A stretch of 59,698 bases of DNA from a virus (IMGVR_UViG_3300037054_000205:1-59698), one strand, 5' to 3'; counted from the stretch's first letter, positions 8,702 through 18,716 are shown. Notes: a model not told the origin generated them from the letters alone. Program-made: numbers and translations.

Positions 8702-10303
8702 ATGAGCAAAAATCTTAGATTCGGGAAAGAGGCACGCGAGGCTTTATTGCGAGGAGTGGATTTTCTCGCCAACGCAGTGGCAATTACTGAAGGGCCGCGC
8801 GGCAGATGTGTTATTCTCGGGCAGCGCGTGTTGGGGCAGAGCCCTAAGGTGACGAGAGACGGGGTAACGGTGGCTAACTATGCCGACCCATCAGACCCTA
8901 CGGAGCAACTTGGGGCTGACCTCGTCCGCGAAGCCGCGCAGAAAACTGACAACGCGGTAGGCGACGGCACCACTGCGGCAATCGTATTGGCGCAGTCCAT
9001 GATTCACGAAGGCTTCCGACTGATTGACGCCGGGGCGAATCCTATGGCTATGGAGCGCGGGATTCACAAAGCGACAGACGCAATCATTGCCCGTTTAACG
9101 CAAATGGCAGTACCGTGCTCAGGTTCGAAAATTGCGCAAGTGGCGACGGTCTCGGCGCACGGTGATGCGCTTATCGGGACGCTGGTCGCTGGCGCGGTTG
9201 AGACGGCGGGCAAGGATGGAGTCGTGACGGTCGAGCCGTCCTCTACTTCTGACACGCGCGTGGATACGGTCGCCGGAATCGAATTGGAAAAGTCGAACCT
9301 CCTTCACAGTGCGTTTATTACACATCCCGAGGATATGATAGCCCAATGGGAAGACTGCCGAATTTTACTTTGGGAAGGGGTGATTGCTACAGCAAGGTCT
9401 CTGGTTCCGATTCTCTCCCAGGTTAAGGAAGAGGCTGACAAACACAATGCGGTTCCGTTGCTGATTATCGCCGGGGGCTATGAGCAAGAGGCTCTCGCGG
9501 TCATCATCAAAGCCCGCCTCGGCATCGCGCTCCCCATCATCGCCGTGCGGATGGACGCCTATGGCGAACGCCGCAAAGAAGTGATGCGCGACATCGCGGC
9601 GTTGACGGGCGGCAAGGCGTACACCGAAGATATGGGATTGAAGATTGAGTCCATCAAGCTGGCGGACTTGGGTCGCGCGCGCAAAGTCATCACGAGCATG
9701 TCCAAGACCCAGATTATCGAAGGCCGGGGAAATCAATCCGAACTGGTGGGTCGCATCGACTATTTGCGCCAGTGCATCGACAACGCCTCCCCTGCGGAAA
9801 GAAAACCGCTACAACAGCGTCTCGCGGCGTTGTTGGGCGGCATCACCATTATCAAGGTCGGCGGCGTCACAGTCACCGAAATGGAAGAGAAGAAAGACCG
9901 GGTCGTCGACGCCATGTCGGCTGCGAAAGCTGCAGTTGAATCTGGAATCGTTCCTGGCGGCGGCACCGCGCTTCTCCAGGCGTCGGTTGTCCTGGCGGGT
10001 TTGAAAACGTCCGTCGAGGAGCACGCCGGAATCCTCGTGGTATGGAATGCTTGCCGTGCGGTGGCGAAACAGATAGCCGAGAACGCGGGCATTGACGGTG
10101 ACGTACTGTTGACTCAGTTGATGGCGACCTCAACCCTGGGGTACAACGCACTGTCCGGGGCCTTTGAGGATTTGGTGGAATCTGGTATAATAGACCCTGT
10201 GAAAGTAGTGTGCGAATCGCTCAAAAACGCCTCGGCAGTAAGTTGTAGTATCCTCACTATGGGGGCCACCGTGGCGGAAGTGGCTATTAAACATGAATCG
10301 TAA
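8702..10303 (+). CDS. groEL: chaperonin GroEL (Hsp60)
   Basis: LRFGKEAREALLRGVD, VTRDGVTVA, GDGTTAA, GIVPGGG, GIIDPVKV. Confidence 0.97.
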   Translation: MSKNLRFGKEAREALLRGVDFLANAVAITEGPRGRCVILGQRVLGQSPKVTRDGVTVANYADPSDPTEQLGADLVREAAQKTDNAVGDGTTAAIVLAQSMIHEGFRLIDAGANPMAMERGIHKATDAIIARLTQMAVPCSGSKIAQVATVSAHGDALIGTLVAGAVETAGKDGVVTVEPSSTSDTRVDTVAGIELEKSNLLHSAFITHPEDMIAQWEDCRILLWEGVIATARSLVPILSQVKEEADKHNAVPLLIIAGGYEQEALAVIIKARLGIALPIIAVRMDAYGERRKEVMRDIAALTGGKAYTEDMGLKIESIKLADLGRARKVITSMSKTQIIEGRGNQSELVGRIDYLRQCIDNASPAERKPLQQRLAALLGGITIIKVGGVTVTEMEEKKDRVVDAMSAAKAAVESGIVPGGGTALLQASVVLAGLKTSVEEHAGILVVWNACRAVAKQIAENAGIDGDVLLTQLMATSTLGYNALSGAFEDLVESGIIDPVKVVCESLKNASAVSCSILTMGATVAEVAIKHES

Positions 10304-10931
10304 GTTCTACGCTTATTTGTGGCTGCGAGAAAATGGAACTCCCTACTATGTGGGGAAGGGGTTTGGGCGTCGCGCATTCAAGTCAGTTCCTGGTCATCGC
10401 CCACCTAAAGACACGTCTCGCATTGTGATTCTCACGCGCGTCTCCGAGAGGGCGGCGATTGAAACTGAGATTGAGATGGTTCATAACTGGGGTCGGAGAG
10501 ATATCGGTACAGGACGTCTTTATAATCGCACTGACGGAGGAGAGGGGAAAAGTGGCTACACCCTTTCTGAAGAGACCCGAGCGAAAATAGGAGAGGGAAA
10601 TCGGGGAAAACGCAGGTCTTCGGAAACACGAATGCTGCTATCACTTGCCCGCCAAGGCAGAAAAGCATCTTTGAATACTAGAAAAAAACTCTCAGCCATG
10701 AGGCAAGGGCATGTTGTCTCTCCCGAGTGTCGTGCCAAGTTGTCGGCTATTATGAAGATGAATGAAAAAGTTCGCACATCTAGGTTAGGGCACCACAACA
10801 CTGCAGAACATAACGCCAATATATCGGCGGGGAAGATAGGTCATTCGGTTTCTTCTGAGACACGTCAGAAGATACGAGAGACTATGGCTCGCAAGAGAGA
10901 TGCCAAACTACAGGAGAGAACCAATGCCTAA
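10293..10931 (+). CDS. GIY-YIG homing endonuclease with NUMOD3-type repeats
   Basis: FYAYLWLRENGTPYYVGKG...NRTDGGEG and repeated SEETRAKI helices. Confidence 0.88.
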   Translation: MNRKFYAYLWLRENGTPYYVGKGFGRRAFKSVPGHRPPKDTSRIVILTRVSERAAIETEIEMVHNWGRRDIGTGRLYNRTDGGEGKSGYTLSEETRAKIGEGNRGKRRSSETRMLLSLARQGRKASLNTRKKLSAMRQGHVVSPECRAKLSAIMKMNEKVRTSRLGHHNTAEHNANISAGKIGHSVSSETRQKIRETMARKRDAKLQERTNA

Positions 10932-11205
10932 CCATTTCTTAGAGCCCGCCAGCAATCACATCTTGGTGGTCGACGCCTCGTCCGAGATAACACTGGACGG
11001 AATTTCACTGCCCGCGAATGTGCGGCAGCAGGATATGGTCGGAGGCACGGTGATGTTCGTGGGTCCTGATGTGAAGCATACGAAGCCCAACGACCAAGTA
11101 TTGTACGGCCCTTACGCAGGGAAGACCGTGGTGTTTAACGGGTCGGAATTTCGACTTCTGCTCGAAGGGCATATTGAACTGTACGTTAGAAAGAGCCCGG
11201 AATGA
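10924..11205 (+). CDS. groES: co-chaperonin GroES (Hsp10)
   Basis: LEPASNHILV...GISLP...VGPDV...VLYGPYAG; AGGAG RBS. Confidence 0.88.
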   Translation: MPNHFLEPASNHILVVDASSEITLDGISLPANVRQQDMVGGTVMFVGPDVKHTKPNDQVLYGPYAGKTVVFNGSEFRLLLEGHIELYVRKSPE

Positions 11206-11714
11206 GCGAACAAACACGAATGCCACTGGAGGAATTACGGCTCACGCCTGAATTCCAAAAGCTTACGCAGAAGCAGCAACTCTTCTGCTCGACCTATTGC
11301 GCCGGGGGGATTGCTGACGGGACGTACGATGCGGTCCTGGCGACCCATACGGCGTACGCCTGCAAATCCATGGAGGTAGCCCGCATTATGAGCTACTCGA
11401 TGATGGCGAACATCCGCATCATTTCAGTGTTGAATCGCCACTTCAATACCACGCCGACCCAAGAACTTCTCGTGCAAATTGACCGTGCCATCAACAACAA
11501 GAAACTGACTGTTGCTCAACTGAACGCCTTGAAACTCAAGTGCGACCTGTTAGGGCTTTCGACCGGGCTCATCGGCCCCACCTACACGCGCCCGAGCGCG
11601 GTGCCGAACGACGTGCAAGAAGCTTCGAAGGCTGTCCGCAAATCCAAACGCAAGCCGCGCGCGACCCCTGCTCCTAAAGAGTCCCCGAAGTCCCAGTTCG
11701 ACGGCGCGTTTTAA
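11202..11714 (+). CDS. putative terminase small subunit
   Basis: LTQKQQLFCSTY...DAVLATHTAY resembles the TerS N-terminal HTH. Confidence 0.6.
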   Translation: MSEQTRMPLEELRLTPEFQKLTQKQQLFCSTYCAGGIADGTYDAVLATHTAYACKSMEVARIMSYSMMANIRIISVLNRHFNTTPTQELLVQIDRAINNKKLTVAQLNALKLKCDLLGLSTGLIGPTYTRPSAVPNDVQEASKAVRKSKRKPRATPAPKESPKSQFDGAF

Positions 11715-11734
11715 GACTTTTTCTTCCATCAGTG
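11712..11734 (+). promoter_or_regulatory. phage-specific (late) promoter-like motif
   Basis: TAAGAC-TTTTTCTTC-CATCAGTG. Confidence 0.7.
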
Positions 11735-11745
11735 AGGACACTCCC

Positions 11746-11913
11746 ATGGCAGAGAAAATGGGGAAGGCGGAAGCCTTTCATGAAGTTTACGCCAAGACGC
11801 CGAAAACCGTGACCGCCACGGGAAAGACTGGCGCGGCCAAGCGCAAAATGATGATAGCCGTGGCTCTGTCGAAAGCGGGCATGTCGAAGCCCGGGAAGAA
11901 CGCGAAGAGGTAA
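11746..11913 (+). CDS. small basic protein (55 aa, IAVALSKAG motif)
   Basis: Hand-translated MAEKMGKAEAFHEVY...KNAKR*; GAGGA RBS. Confidence 0.7.
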   Translation: MAEKMGKAEAFHEVYAKTPKTVTATGKTGAAKRKMMIAVALSKAGMSKPGKNAKR

Positions 11914-11917
11914 ACCA

Positions 11918-12259
11918 ATGTTGCCTTTCTCGCGGCGGGAGACGACCGCAGTCACAGTGTTTGCCTGTATCTTCGTAAACCGGGACGCGACCGCGCTCAC
12001 TACTAGCGTGCCACAAATTTCCGCGTTGTCTTTGAACTACGCAAAGCTGCTGCGCGTATATCGCCAACTGTGCCATCAGGATATTGCGAACCAAGAAATC
12101 ATTTTGCAGAGCCTCATTGCAGAAGCAGGTTCGGTCATAGGGGATTTGAACGCAACTGTCCAAGCCATCACCTCGACGCCGTCCAACAGCATTGTTCTGA
12201 CGGAGGTGCAGATTAAAGCGCAGAACGCAGTGACAGTGATGGCCAATCCGCTACTCTAA
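11918..12259 (+). CDS. hypothetical protein
   Basis: GAGG RBS. Confidence 0.65.
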   Translation: MLPFSRRETTAVTVFACIFVNRDATALTTSVPQISALSLNYAKLLRVYRQLCHQDIANQEIILQSLIAEAGSVIGDLNATVQAITSTPSNSIVLTEVQIKAQNAVTVMANPLL

Positions 12260-12267
12260 GCGACGTT

Positions 12268-12290
12268 TAAGACTTTCTCTTTCATGAATA
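12268..12290 (+). promoter_or_regulatory. phage-specific (late) promoter-like motif
   Basis: TAAGAC-TTTCTCTTT-CATGAATA. Confidence 0.65.
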
Positions 12291-12303
12291 GGGAGACCTT
12301 GGT

Positions 12304-12591
12304 ATGGGTCTGGCAATGAGTAAACCTGTCAATTCTGCCGCGAAGGCTCTGGCTTCGGCGGCCCCTACGTCGACCGTTGTGACTCCAGGCGCGAACGCGG
12401 CCAAAGCACCTGCTGACATACCGCATCTGCACCACGGCGGTCCTGTCCCAACCGATGGAATTTACAAGCTAAAAGCGGGCGAACACGTTCTTACCGCGAA
12501 GGAAGCGGCCAAGGCAAAGAAACATGCACTGTTGGCATCGGGACTAAAATCTCTGGCTATGCCAGGAAAAGGGAGTCAGGAAAATGATTAA
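12304..12591 (+). CDS. small virion-associated-type protein
   Basis: HHGGPV...LKAGEHVLT motif seen in phage head/internal proteins. Confidence 0.65.
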   Translation: MGLAMSKPVNSAAKALASAAPTSTVVTPGANAAKAPADIPHLHHGGPVPTDGIYKLKAGEHVLTAKEAAKAKKHALLASGLKSLAMPGKGSQEND

Positions 12592-12889
12592 GGCAAAAGG
12601 AAATAGCGGTGGTGAGAAATCACCGACACCCAAGTCCGTGACGATGTTCAAAGGCATCAAGGGTCTTGTGGCGTCAGGTCCAGGAACGAAGAAAACTCCT
12701 GACATCCAGAAACTGCGCCCTGAAGGTAAGGTGCATATTGACGCCGGAAACTTGAAGCCCGCCACGGGTATGAAAAAGACAGTGGCCGGGTCCCCGAAAC
12801 CAGTCGGCCACGGTTCGGTTAGCGTCACGCCAAAGATTCGACCCGAGGGTGGAATTCGGCGCGACAGCGCGGGCGTCATCAAGCCATAA
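12584..12889 (+). CDS. K/G/P-rich basic protein
   Basis: Low-complexity basic ORF with RBS. Confidence 0.6.
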   Translation: MIKAKGNSGGEKSPTPKSVTMFKGIKGLVASGPGTKKTPDIQKLRPEGKVHIDAGNLKPATGMKKTVAGSPKPVGHGSVSVTPKIRPEGGIRRDSAGVIKP

Positions 12890-12894
12890 AGAAG

Positions 12895-13425
12895 ATGATT
12901 TTTTATACCTATCTGTGGCTTCGTGACGACGGAACACCCTACTATGCGGGGAAGGGTTCTGGGAAGCGGGCTTTTGTACTGCACGGTCACCACTTAAAGC
13001 CGCCGAAGGTCCGAGAGAACATTTTGATTCAGGAGTGGCCTGACGAAGCGGGAGCCCTTGAAGGAGAAAAACTTCTGATTGCAATTTATGGCAGGAAGGA
13101 CATAGGGACTGGATGCCTGCGAAATCTAACGGACGGGGGAGAAAATCCCCCAAAGCGCAGTTTTCTTGGGTGCAAGCATTCTGACGAGAGCAAAGAACGT
13201 AATAGGCTCTCCCATTTGAATCCGTCCGCAGAAACCAGAGCGAAAATCTCGGCGGCGGGTATCGGAAGAATAGCTTCAGAAGAGACGCGAAAGAAAATGA
13301 GTGCGTCACAAAAGGGAAAAACGAAAGGGCGTCCGTGTACTCTTGATAGGGCGCTAAAAGCGAGTTTAGCATTGAAAGGTAGACCTTGGTCGGAATCTCG
13401 ACGCAAGGCTCAAAAGGTGAAATAA
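12895..13425 (+). CDS. GIY-YIG homing endonuclease with NUMOD3-type repeats
   Basis: FYTYLWLRDDGTPYYAGKG...NLTDGGE; paralog of 10293..10931. Confidence 0.88.
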   Translation: MIFYTYLWLRDDGTPYYAGKGSGKRAFVLHGHHLKPPKVRENILIQEWPDEAGALEGEKLLIAIYGRKDIGTGCLRNLTDGGENPPKRSFLGCKHSDESKERNRLSHLNPSAETRAKISAAGIGRIASEETRKKMSASQKGKTKGRPCTLDRALKASLALKGRPWSESRRKAQKVK

Positions 13426-13426
13426 C

Positions 13427-14083
13427 ATGGGCGTTGTGCGCACACTGGGGCAGGTCACCGCCCCGAATACGGCTGGCTTTCGCACCCCCGTCTACACAGG
13501 CGCGGTGCTCGTAGCAACAGGGTTCATTATCCAGAACGGTATCTGCACCGTGTTCCTCGGGGCGGGGAACCTTCCGAAGAACGGGTACAACGGGCCGAAT
13601 GGATACCCGACGCATAATGCCGCCACAAACTCGACGTTTGATATCCACGGCGGCGTGTCGGGCGGTTCTGGTGGTCCTGCGGGCGGACAGCAAGTCACGT
13701 TGTGGGGATTCGCCACCGCTGTCGGGTTGTTGTTCAACGGGTTGACCGTGACGTCTATCGGATGCAATCCCCAGGCAGACTCCTTCAGTTTCTATTTCAA
13801 CCATGCGGACGACCTCACCGCTGGTGCGACCGATACGGGAAATACTGCCGTCGCGCCGTCGCAACACTATCGCGCCGTGCGCCTTGAGTGTGACGCGAGC
13901 AACTCCACCAACATCGTGTATGTTGGCGACTTCGCCGTGAGCGCGACTCGATACATGGCCGCGTTGACCTTGGCGGGACAACTCGCAATCGTGATTGCGT
14001 CCGATAACATTCCCGCTGACCGCATCTTCATCTTCGGCAGTGCGGGTTCGGCTTGCAAAGTTCAGGCGTCACTAATTTACTAA
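13427..14083 (+). CDS. putative structural protein
   Basis: G/T/A-rich beta-type composition in the late region. Confidence 0.6.
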   Translation: MGVVRTLGQVTAPNTAGFRTPVYTGAVLVATGFIIQNGICTVFLGAGNLPKNGYNGPNGYPTHNAATNSTFDIHGGVSGGSGGPAGGQQVTLWGFATAVGLLFNGLTVTSIGCNPQADSFSFYFNHADDLTAGATDTGNTAVAPSQHYRAVRLECDASNSTNIVYVGDFAVSATRYMAALTLAGQLAIVIASDNIPADRIFIFGSAGSACKVQASLIY

Positions 14084-14151
14084 TGGCTCGCCTGCTGCGG
14101 GCACGGTGGTCTTCACTATTTCCGTGACCTAACGTTCAAAGGGAAAAAGCA

Positions 14152-16263
14152 ATGGCCCCAGTATTTGTCTCGGATAATTTCAATAGACCGGATGGAACGC
14201 TAGGCTCGAACTGGACGCCGATTCTTCCAGTCCACTACGGGTCTGACCCGGTATTGTCCATCCGCAACCATGGGTATACGAACAGCACGCCAAGTACAAA
14301 TGAGGCCGGGGAATTTATTTGGAATGCTGACGCCTTTCCAAACGACCAGTATGCGCAAGCAACTTTTACTGCGGTTGGGGCGCCCGGAACCGACTCAATT
14401 CCTGGAGTAATCGCGCGGGGCTCGGTAGCGAGTAATGGCAATTGCTATTTTGCGCTTGTTGGGCGTAACTCCTATCTCGGGAATACATGGTGCAATGAAC
14501 TTTGGGAGCGCGTAAATGGAGTAGAGCTTTTCCTTGCAGGCGGTGCGGGTGTCGGTCCCGACATACATCTTGGGGACACCTTTGGAATTGAGGTGCGAGG
14601 TACTCTCATCAGGCTTCGGCGTAATAACTCCGTGGTTTTTGCGGTACTGAATTCCGATATTGCCTCCGGTTCAGGAGGCATCGGATTCAACACGGGTGAC
14701 CCTGCTACAAGCACCCCGGACAACAACACTATTGCTTCTGATTTTATAGCGGGAAGTATTCCGGTTCTAGCGTTTAATGAGCAAGATACTTTCATTCGAA
14801 CCAACGCAGATATTGGACCCAACTGGAAAGAAGTTGTTGGGGCGATGGCTATAAATTCCAATGTGGCTATCGGGAGTACTGCATCAGTTTACAACCGTGC
14901 CTATTGGATTGACACTTGGCCTGCCAATCAGTTTAGTCAGGCAGTGTATGAAGGGCCGTCTCCCGCGCGGCAAGCCATATCCGTTTGGGTGAGAATGGGT
15001 GACTCAGGCAATGGGTACCTGTTGCAGGGCAATGACGACATTTCAGGTACCCATTACCAAATAACTCTCGTTACTGGGGGGTCAACATTCACTGCTCTGC
15101 TTGCCACATCAACCGTTCCAGTATCTGGAGACGTATTTCGCCTGGAAATTGTAGGCACAACTCTGACGGCCAAGGTGAACGGCGGGGTAATCGGGACGAT
15201 AACCAATACCAGTATAGCCTCGGGTTCCGCAGGCATCGGGGCGTATGGTAACACTAACTTGAATCAACTCGGCGGAACTTGGGTCGGTGGCCCGCTGTAC
15301 CCGCCGCCAACCCCGGTTAGCACTGATACGGCAAGCGGGGCGCAAGAGACTACTTTTAACATTACCATTACGGGGACCGATTTTGCTGCGGGCGGCCCCA
15401 GCACTCTGTCATTTAGCGGCACTGGCATCACTGTTAATTCCTACGGTACCCGCAACGCGACGACCCTGGTTGCGAACATAACGATTGCCTATAACGCCGC
15501 CTTAACTGCGCGCAATATTGTTATCACGAACGCCGACACGCAGACTGGGACTCTCGCGAGCGCTTTCACCATCACAGCAGGCGCGCCAAATCCCATTTCT
15601 ATTTCCCAAGCAACTGGGGAGCAGGGATACACTCTCTCCGCGTTCACGGTTACCGGAACAAATTTTGATGCGGGCGGAACGAGTATATTGTCTTTCAGCG
15701 GAGCAGGCGTCACGGTAAACTCGTACGGGACCCGCAACGCGACGACCCTGGTTGCGAACATAACGATTGCCTATAACGCCGCCTTAACTGCGCGTGATGT
15801 AATTATCACAAACGCGGACACGCAAACAGGCGCCTTGGCCGCCTCGTTCACTATTATGAGCGGGGCTCCGGTCCCGTCGGGCGCGGTCTCGCCAACCTCG
15901 GGCGTCCAAGGCGCGACCATCACTACCTTTACTGTGAACGGCACGAACTTCGCCACCCCAACGCTGTCTTTTTCAGGCACAGGCATTACCGTGAACTCGT
16001 ACAGTGTGCAATCTTCGACGCAAGTCGTCGCGAACATCACTATTTCTGGCGTAGCGGCAACAACGGCGCGGGACGTGATAATCACAAACGCCAACGCTCA
16101 GACAGGTACTCTAGCCGCTGCATTTACCGTTACCTCCAGCAGCCCGTCGACAACTCCACCCATTACCGGGACGTTCAGGTCGGGCGGGGGTGTTGCAACA
16201 CTCATTGATTCAGGACGCACATCAATTTTCGGCACAAATTTGGGAACCAATATCTTCGGGTAA
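14152..16263 (+). CDS. fibre/receptor-binding-like protein: two lectin-like beta-sandwiches plus three IPT/TIG-like Ig repeats
   Basis: Two DxFxRxxxxxGxNW...IASGSxGIG units and three ITGTxF...SGTGITVNSY...TGTLA repeats. Confidence 0.75.
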   Translation: MAPVFVSDNFNRPDGTLGSNWTPILPVHYGSDPVLSIRNHGYTNSTPSTNEAGEFIWNADAFPNDQYAQATFTAVGAPGTDSIPGVIARGSVASNGNCYFALVGRNSYLGNTWCNELWERVNGVELFLAGGAGVGPDIHLGDTFGIEVRGTLIRLRRNNSVVFAVLNSDIASGSGGIGFNTGDPATSTPDNNTIASDFIAGSIPVLAFNEQDTFIRTNADIGPNWKEVVGAMAINSNVAIGSTASVYNRAYWIDTWPANQFSQAVYEGPSPARQAISVWVRMGDSGNGYLLQGNDDISGTHYQITLVTGGSTFTALLATSTVPVSGDVFRLEIVGTTLTAKVNGGVIGTITNTSIASGSAGIGAYGNTNLNQLGGTWVGGPLYPPPTPVSTDTASGAQETTFNITITGTDFAAGGPSTLSFSGTGITVNSYGTRNATTLVANITIAYNAALTARNIVITNADTQTGTLASAFTITAGAPNPISISQATGEQGYTLSAFTVTGTNFDAGGTSILSFSGAGVTVNSYGTRNATTLVANITIAYNAALTARDVIITNADTQTGALAASFTIMSGAPVPSGAVSPTSGVQGATITTFTVNGTNFATPTLSFSGTGITVNSYSVQSSTQVVANITISGVAATTARDVIITNANAQTGTLAAAFTVTSSSPSTTPPITGTFRSGGGVATLIDSGRTSIFGTNLGTNIFG
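15448..15794. repeat. 65-bp identical direct repeat within the Ig repeats (15448-15512 / 15730-15794)
   Basis: ACCCGCAACGCGACG...TTAACTGCGCG occurs twice. Confidence 0.9.
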
Positions 16264-16280
16264 AGAACAGGGAGCAGCCT

Positions 16281-18191
16281 GTGTTCGAAGTCGACGACGA
16301 CCTACTCAAAAAGTATAAAGCCTCCATCGACCTCTCCAACTTCCCTCGGGAGTTCGTGAGGCAATTCAATTTGACGCATCCTGATAGCCAAGAGTTATGG
16401 TACCGTGAACGGTTCAAGTGCCTGAAGTACCACGTCTATCTCAGCGGTTACGCCGAAGCCACTAAGGCGGGCGATGAAGACAAGCCCATCAATTACGTGC
16501 CGATTCTTGGGATGGACTTCCAACCAGACCCCCACAATATCTTGTTCAGCCGCTTTGTCCAAAAACGCCCGGGAGAAAACAAAGTATTCCTGGACCTGGA
16601 ACTTCTCGCCAAAAAGATGATGATACTCTGGCCGCGAGGATTGTTCAAAACCTCTGCGGTCATTGTGGACATCGTTCAGACCATTCTGAACTACCCCAAC
16701 ATTCGCATATGCTTCCTGACGGGCGGCGACCAACTCGCCAAGCGGCAATTGGAGCGCGTGAAGCGCGTGTTCGAGAAGCCTTCACCCCGATTCAAGTGGT
16801 TGTTTCCCGAATTCTGTTTGAAGGATGTGCGCAACCGGAAAGTCAAGAACGATGACAGTGAGGCTGCGTGGACATCTGAACTTTGCAAGATGGGAACGCA
16901 ACATGAGTTCACGGTCCCGTGTCGGACGAACCTGACGTTCGCCGAACCGACGTTCGCTATTTCAACCGCGAAGTCCGTTAAGGCCGGGTCGCACTACGAC
17001 ATCATCTACATCGACGACTTGGTGAACGAACAAAACTACCGCAGCATTCCCATGTTGGAGAAATGCTACGACGACTATATCGCCATATGCCCGTTGCTTG
17101 AACCCTCGGGCTATATCGTCATGACCGGAACGCGGTACTCGTTCGGCGACACGTACGAACGCATTCAGGAGTTGGCGCACGACGAAGATAAACGAGAAGG
17201 TCGCAGCATTTGGAGGTTTTCGATTCGGGATTGCTGGAGTCATGGTTGCCAGAATTGCGTCCATACCAGCGTCTATCACGACTTCGAAAAGAACATCATA
17301 GAGCCGCCATGTATTATGCCCGGATGCGCGTGCCCGGGATTCAAAGACCGTGGCGATAAAGGCGTGCTGTTTCCGCTGACTCGGTCAGTAGACGGCAGAC
17401 CTATTGGGCACACCGTAGAAATGTTGGAGGCAAAACGCAGAGAGTATGGTCAGGAGTTCTTCGCAAACCAATACGAGAACTGCCCCATCGCGGCGGGAAC
17501 GCAGACCTTCGACGAAAATATGATAGGGGCTCAGACGTTCCACAACTTGAATCAGATGCCGTCCGACCCGAGCGGGTTCACCTTCGCAGTCGGGGACCTC
17601 GCGTACGTGGGTCAACCTGACCGCGACTACTCGGTGATTTACATCTGCAGGGCAATCCAAGGTCGCATCTGGGTGTACGACTGTCTTTTTGGGAACTGGG
17701 ACTCGGGGCAGGTCGCCGACGTCACGGTTGACGAAGTACTGTTAAAGTTCCGTCCGAACATCGTCTATTATGAAAAGGTCAACGGCTGGGACGGGTTCGA
17801 TAAACTCATCGCGGCGGCGGCGGCCACGCGCGGGATGCCCAAGGTCCCGCTGCAGTGGGAAAAGGGCTCGCAGGCTAAGAACGCCAAGATGCGGCGTATC
17901 GGCGATATCAAAGGCTGGATTACGAGTCGGCGCCTTTGGATTTACGGAGGGATGCGCGGGTACGATAAACTGGTTGCGCAACTCACCCATTGGCCGAAAC
18001 ACGGACGCCACGACGACTTTGCAGACTGTATGGGCATGGTGGTGGCGGCGCCGACCGGAGTGCAACTCAGCGCACCCCCGCCCGCCGACGACTCGGGGAA
18101 CTGGCTGCGGAAACTGCATGACATGAACCCTACCGGGCCGGGCAGCGATGCATACCCAGACAATGGATGCGGAAGCGGTGTCACATGCTAG
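16281..18191 (+). CDS. terL: terminase large subunit
   Basis: WPRGLFKTS Walker A variant, GSHYDIIYIDD Walker B, GTRY, GDLAY...DYS, HDDFADC nuclease motifs. Confidence 0.92.
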   Translation: MFEVDDDLLKKYKASIDLSNFPREFVRQFNLTHPDSQELWYRERFKCLKYHVYLSGYAEATKAGDEDKPINYVPILGMDFQPDPHNILFSRFVQKRPGENKVFLDLELLAKKMMILWPRGLFKTSAVIVDIVQTILNYPNIRICFLTGGDQLAKRQLERVKRVFEKPSPRFKWLFPEFCLKDVRNRKVKNDDSEAAWTSELCKMGTQHEFTVPCRTNLTFAEPTFAISTAKSVKAGSHYDIIYIDDLVNEQNYRSIPMLEKCYDDYIAICPLLEPSGYIVMTGTRYSFGDTYERIQELAHDEDKREGRSIWRFSIRDCWSHGCQNCVHTSVYHDFEKNIIEPPCIMPGCACPGFKDRGDKGVLFPLTRSVDGRPIGHTVEMLEAKRREYGQEFFANQYENCPIAAGTQTFDENMIGAQTFHNLNQMPSDPSGFTFAVGDLAYVGQPDRDYSVIYICRAIQGRIWVYDCLFGNWDSGQVADVTVDEVLLKFRPNIVYYEKVNGWDGFDKLIAAAAATRGMPKVPLQWEKGSQAKNAKMRRIGDIKGWITSRRLWIYGGMRGYDKLVAQLTHWPKHGRHDDFADCMGMVVAAPTGVQLSAPPPADDSGNWLRKLHDMNPTGPGSDAYPDNGCGSGVTC

Positions 18192-18203
18192 CCCGAAGAT
18201 GAT

Positions 18204-18226
18204 TAAGACTTTCTCTCCCATGTGTG
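18204..18226 (+). promoter_or_regulatory. phage-specific (late) promoter-like motif
   Basis: TAAGAC-TTTCTCTCC-CATGTGTG. Confidence 0.7.
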
Positions 18227-18236
18227 AGGGCTGATT

Positions 18237-18716
18237 GTGTCAAATATACGTGGAAGTCAGTGGAGCAAACTGGCCGAAACCCCTTTTCGGATTGAAAATA
18301 GCAGGAGAAAATACCGATGTTCTCACGGGCGAAGACAAGATGCTTGTAGAGAATGCGGCGGGCTCAAATTAGCCGTTCGGTGCATGTACTATTCCGCCCG
18401 AACTCGGGCGCGTCGGGACGGAATACCGTTTACCATCTTGCGAGCGGAGATTTGGGATTTGGTAGGCGACGGGGTTTGTCCTGTGTTGGGTATTCGCTAT
18501 GAATTTGCGACTCAAAAAGGACAAGGAGGGTGTGATAGTTCGCCATCCCTTGACCGATTTTACCCCGAGCGTGGGTATGTCGCTGGGAATTGTTTTGTAA
18601 TCTCCAGCTTAGCCAACAGAATCAAAAATAATGCCACTTCTCCGCAAGTGGCTCAAGTGGCAACTTGGATGAAACAGACGGAAGAACAGATGGAGATTAC
18701 TTATGGCCGAGATTAA
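18237..18716 (+). CDS. HNH-like homing endonuclease
   Basis: CPVLG...SPSLDR...GYVAGNCFVISSLANRIK. Confidence 0.8.
   Translation: MSNIRGSQWSKLAETPFRIENSRRKYRCSHGRRQDACRECGGLKLAVRCMYYSARTRARRDGIPFTILRAEIWDLVGDGVCPVLGIRYEFATQKGQGGCDSSPSLDRFYPERGYVAGNCFVISSLANRIKNNATSPQVAQVATWMKQTEEQMEITYGRD

Noticed and set aside
10293-10931. Group I intron carrying the endonuclease
   Set aside because: Flanking groEL and groES are complete and overlap the gene, leaving no room for an intron core
12674-13981. 435-aa minus-strand ORF
   Set aside because: Antisense shadow of three credible + strand genes; no motifs
15448-15794. Repeat in the fibre gene as a DGR template/variable pair
   Set aside because: Copies are identical and both in frame, with no adenine-specific mismatches and no reverse transcriptase in the window
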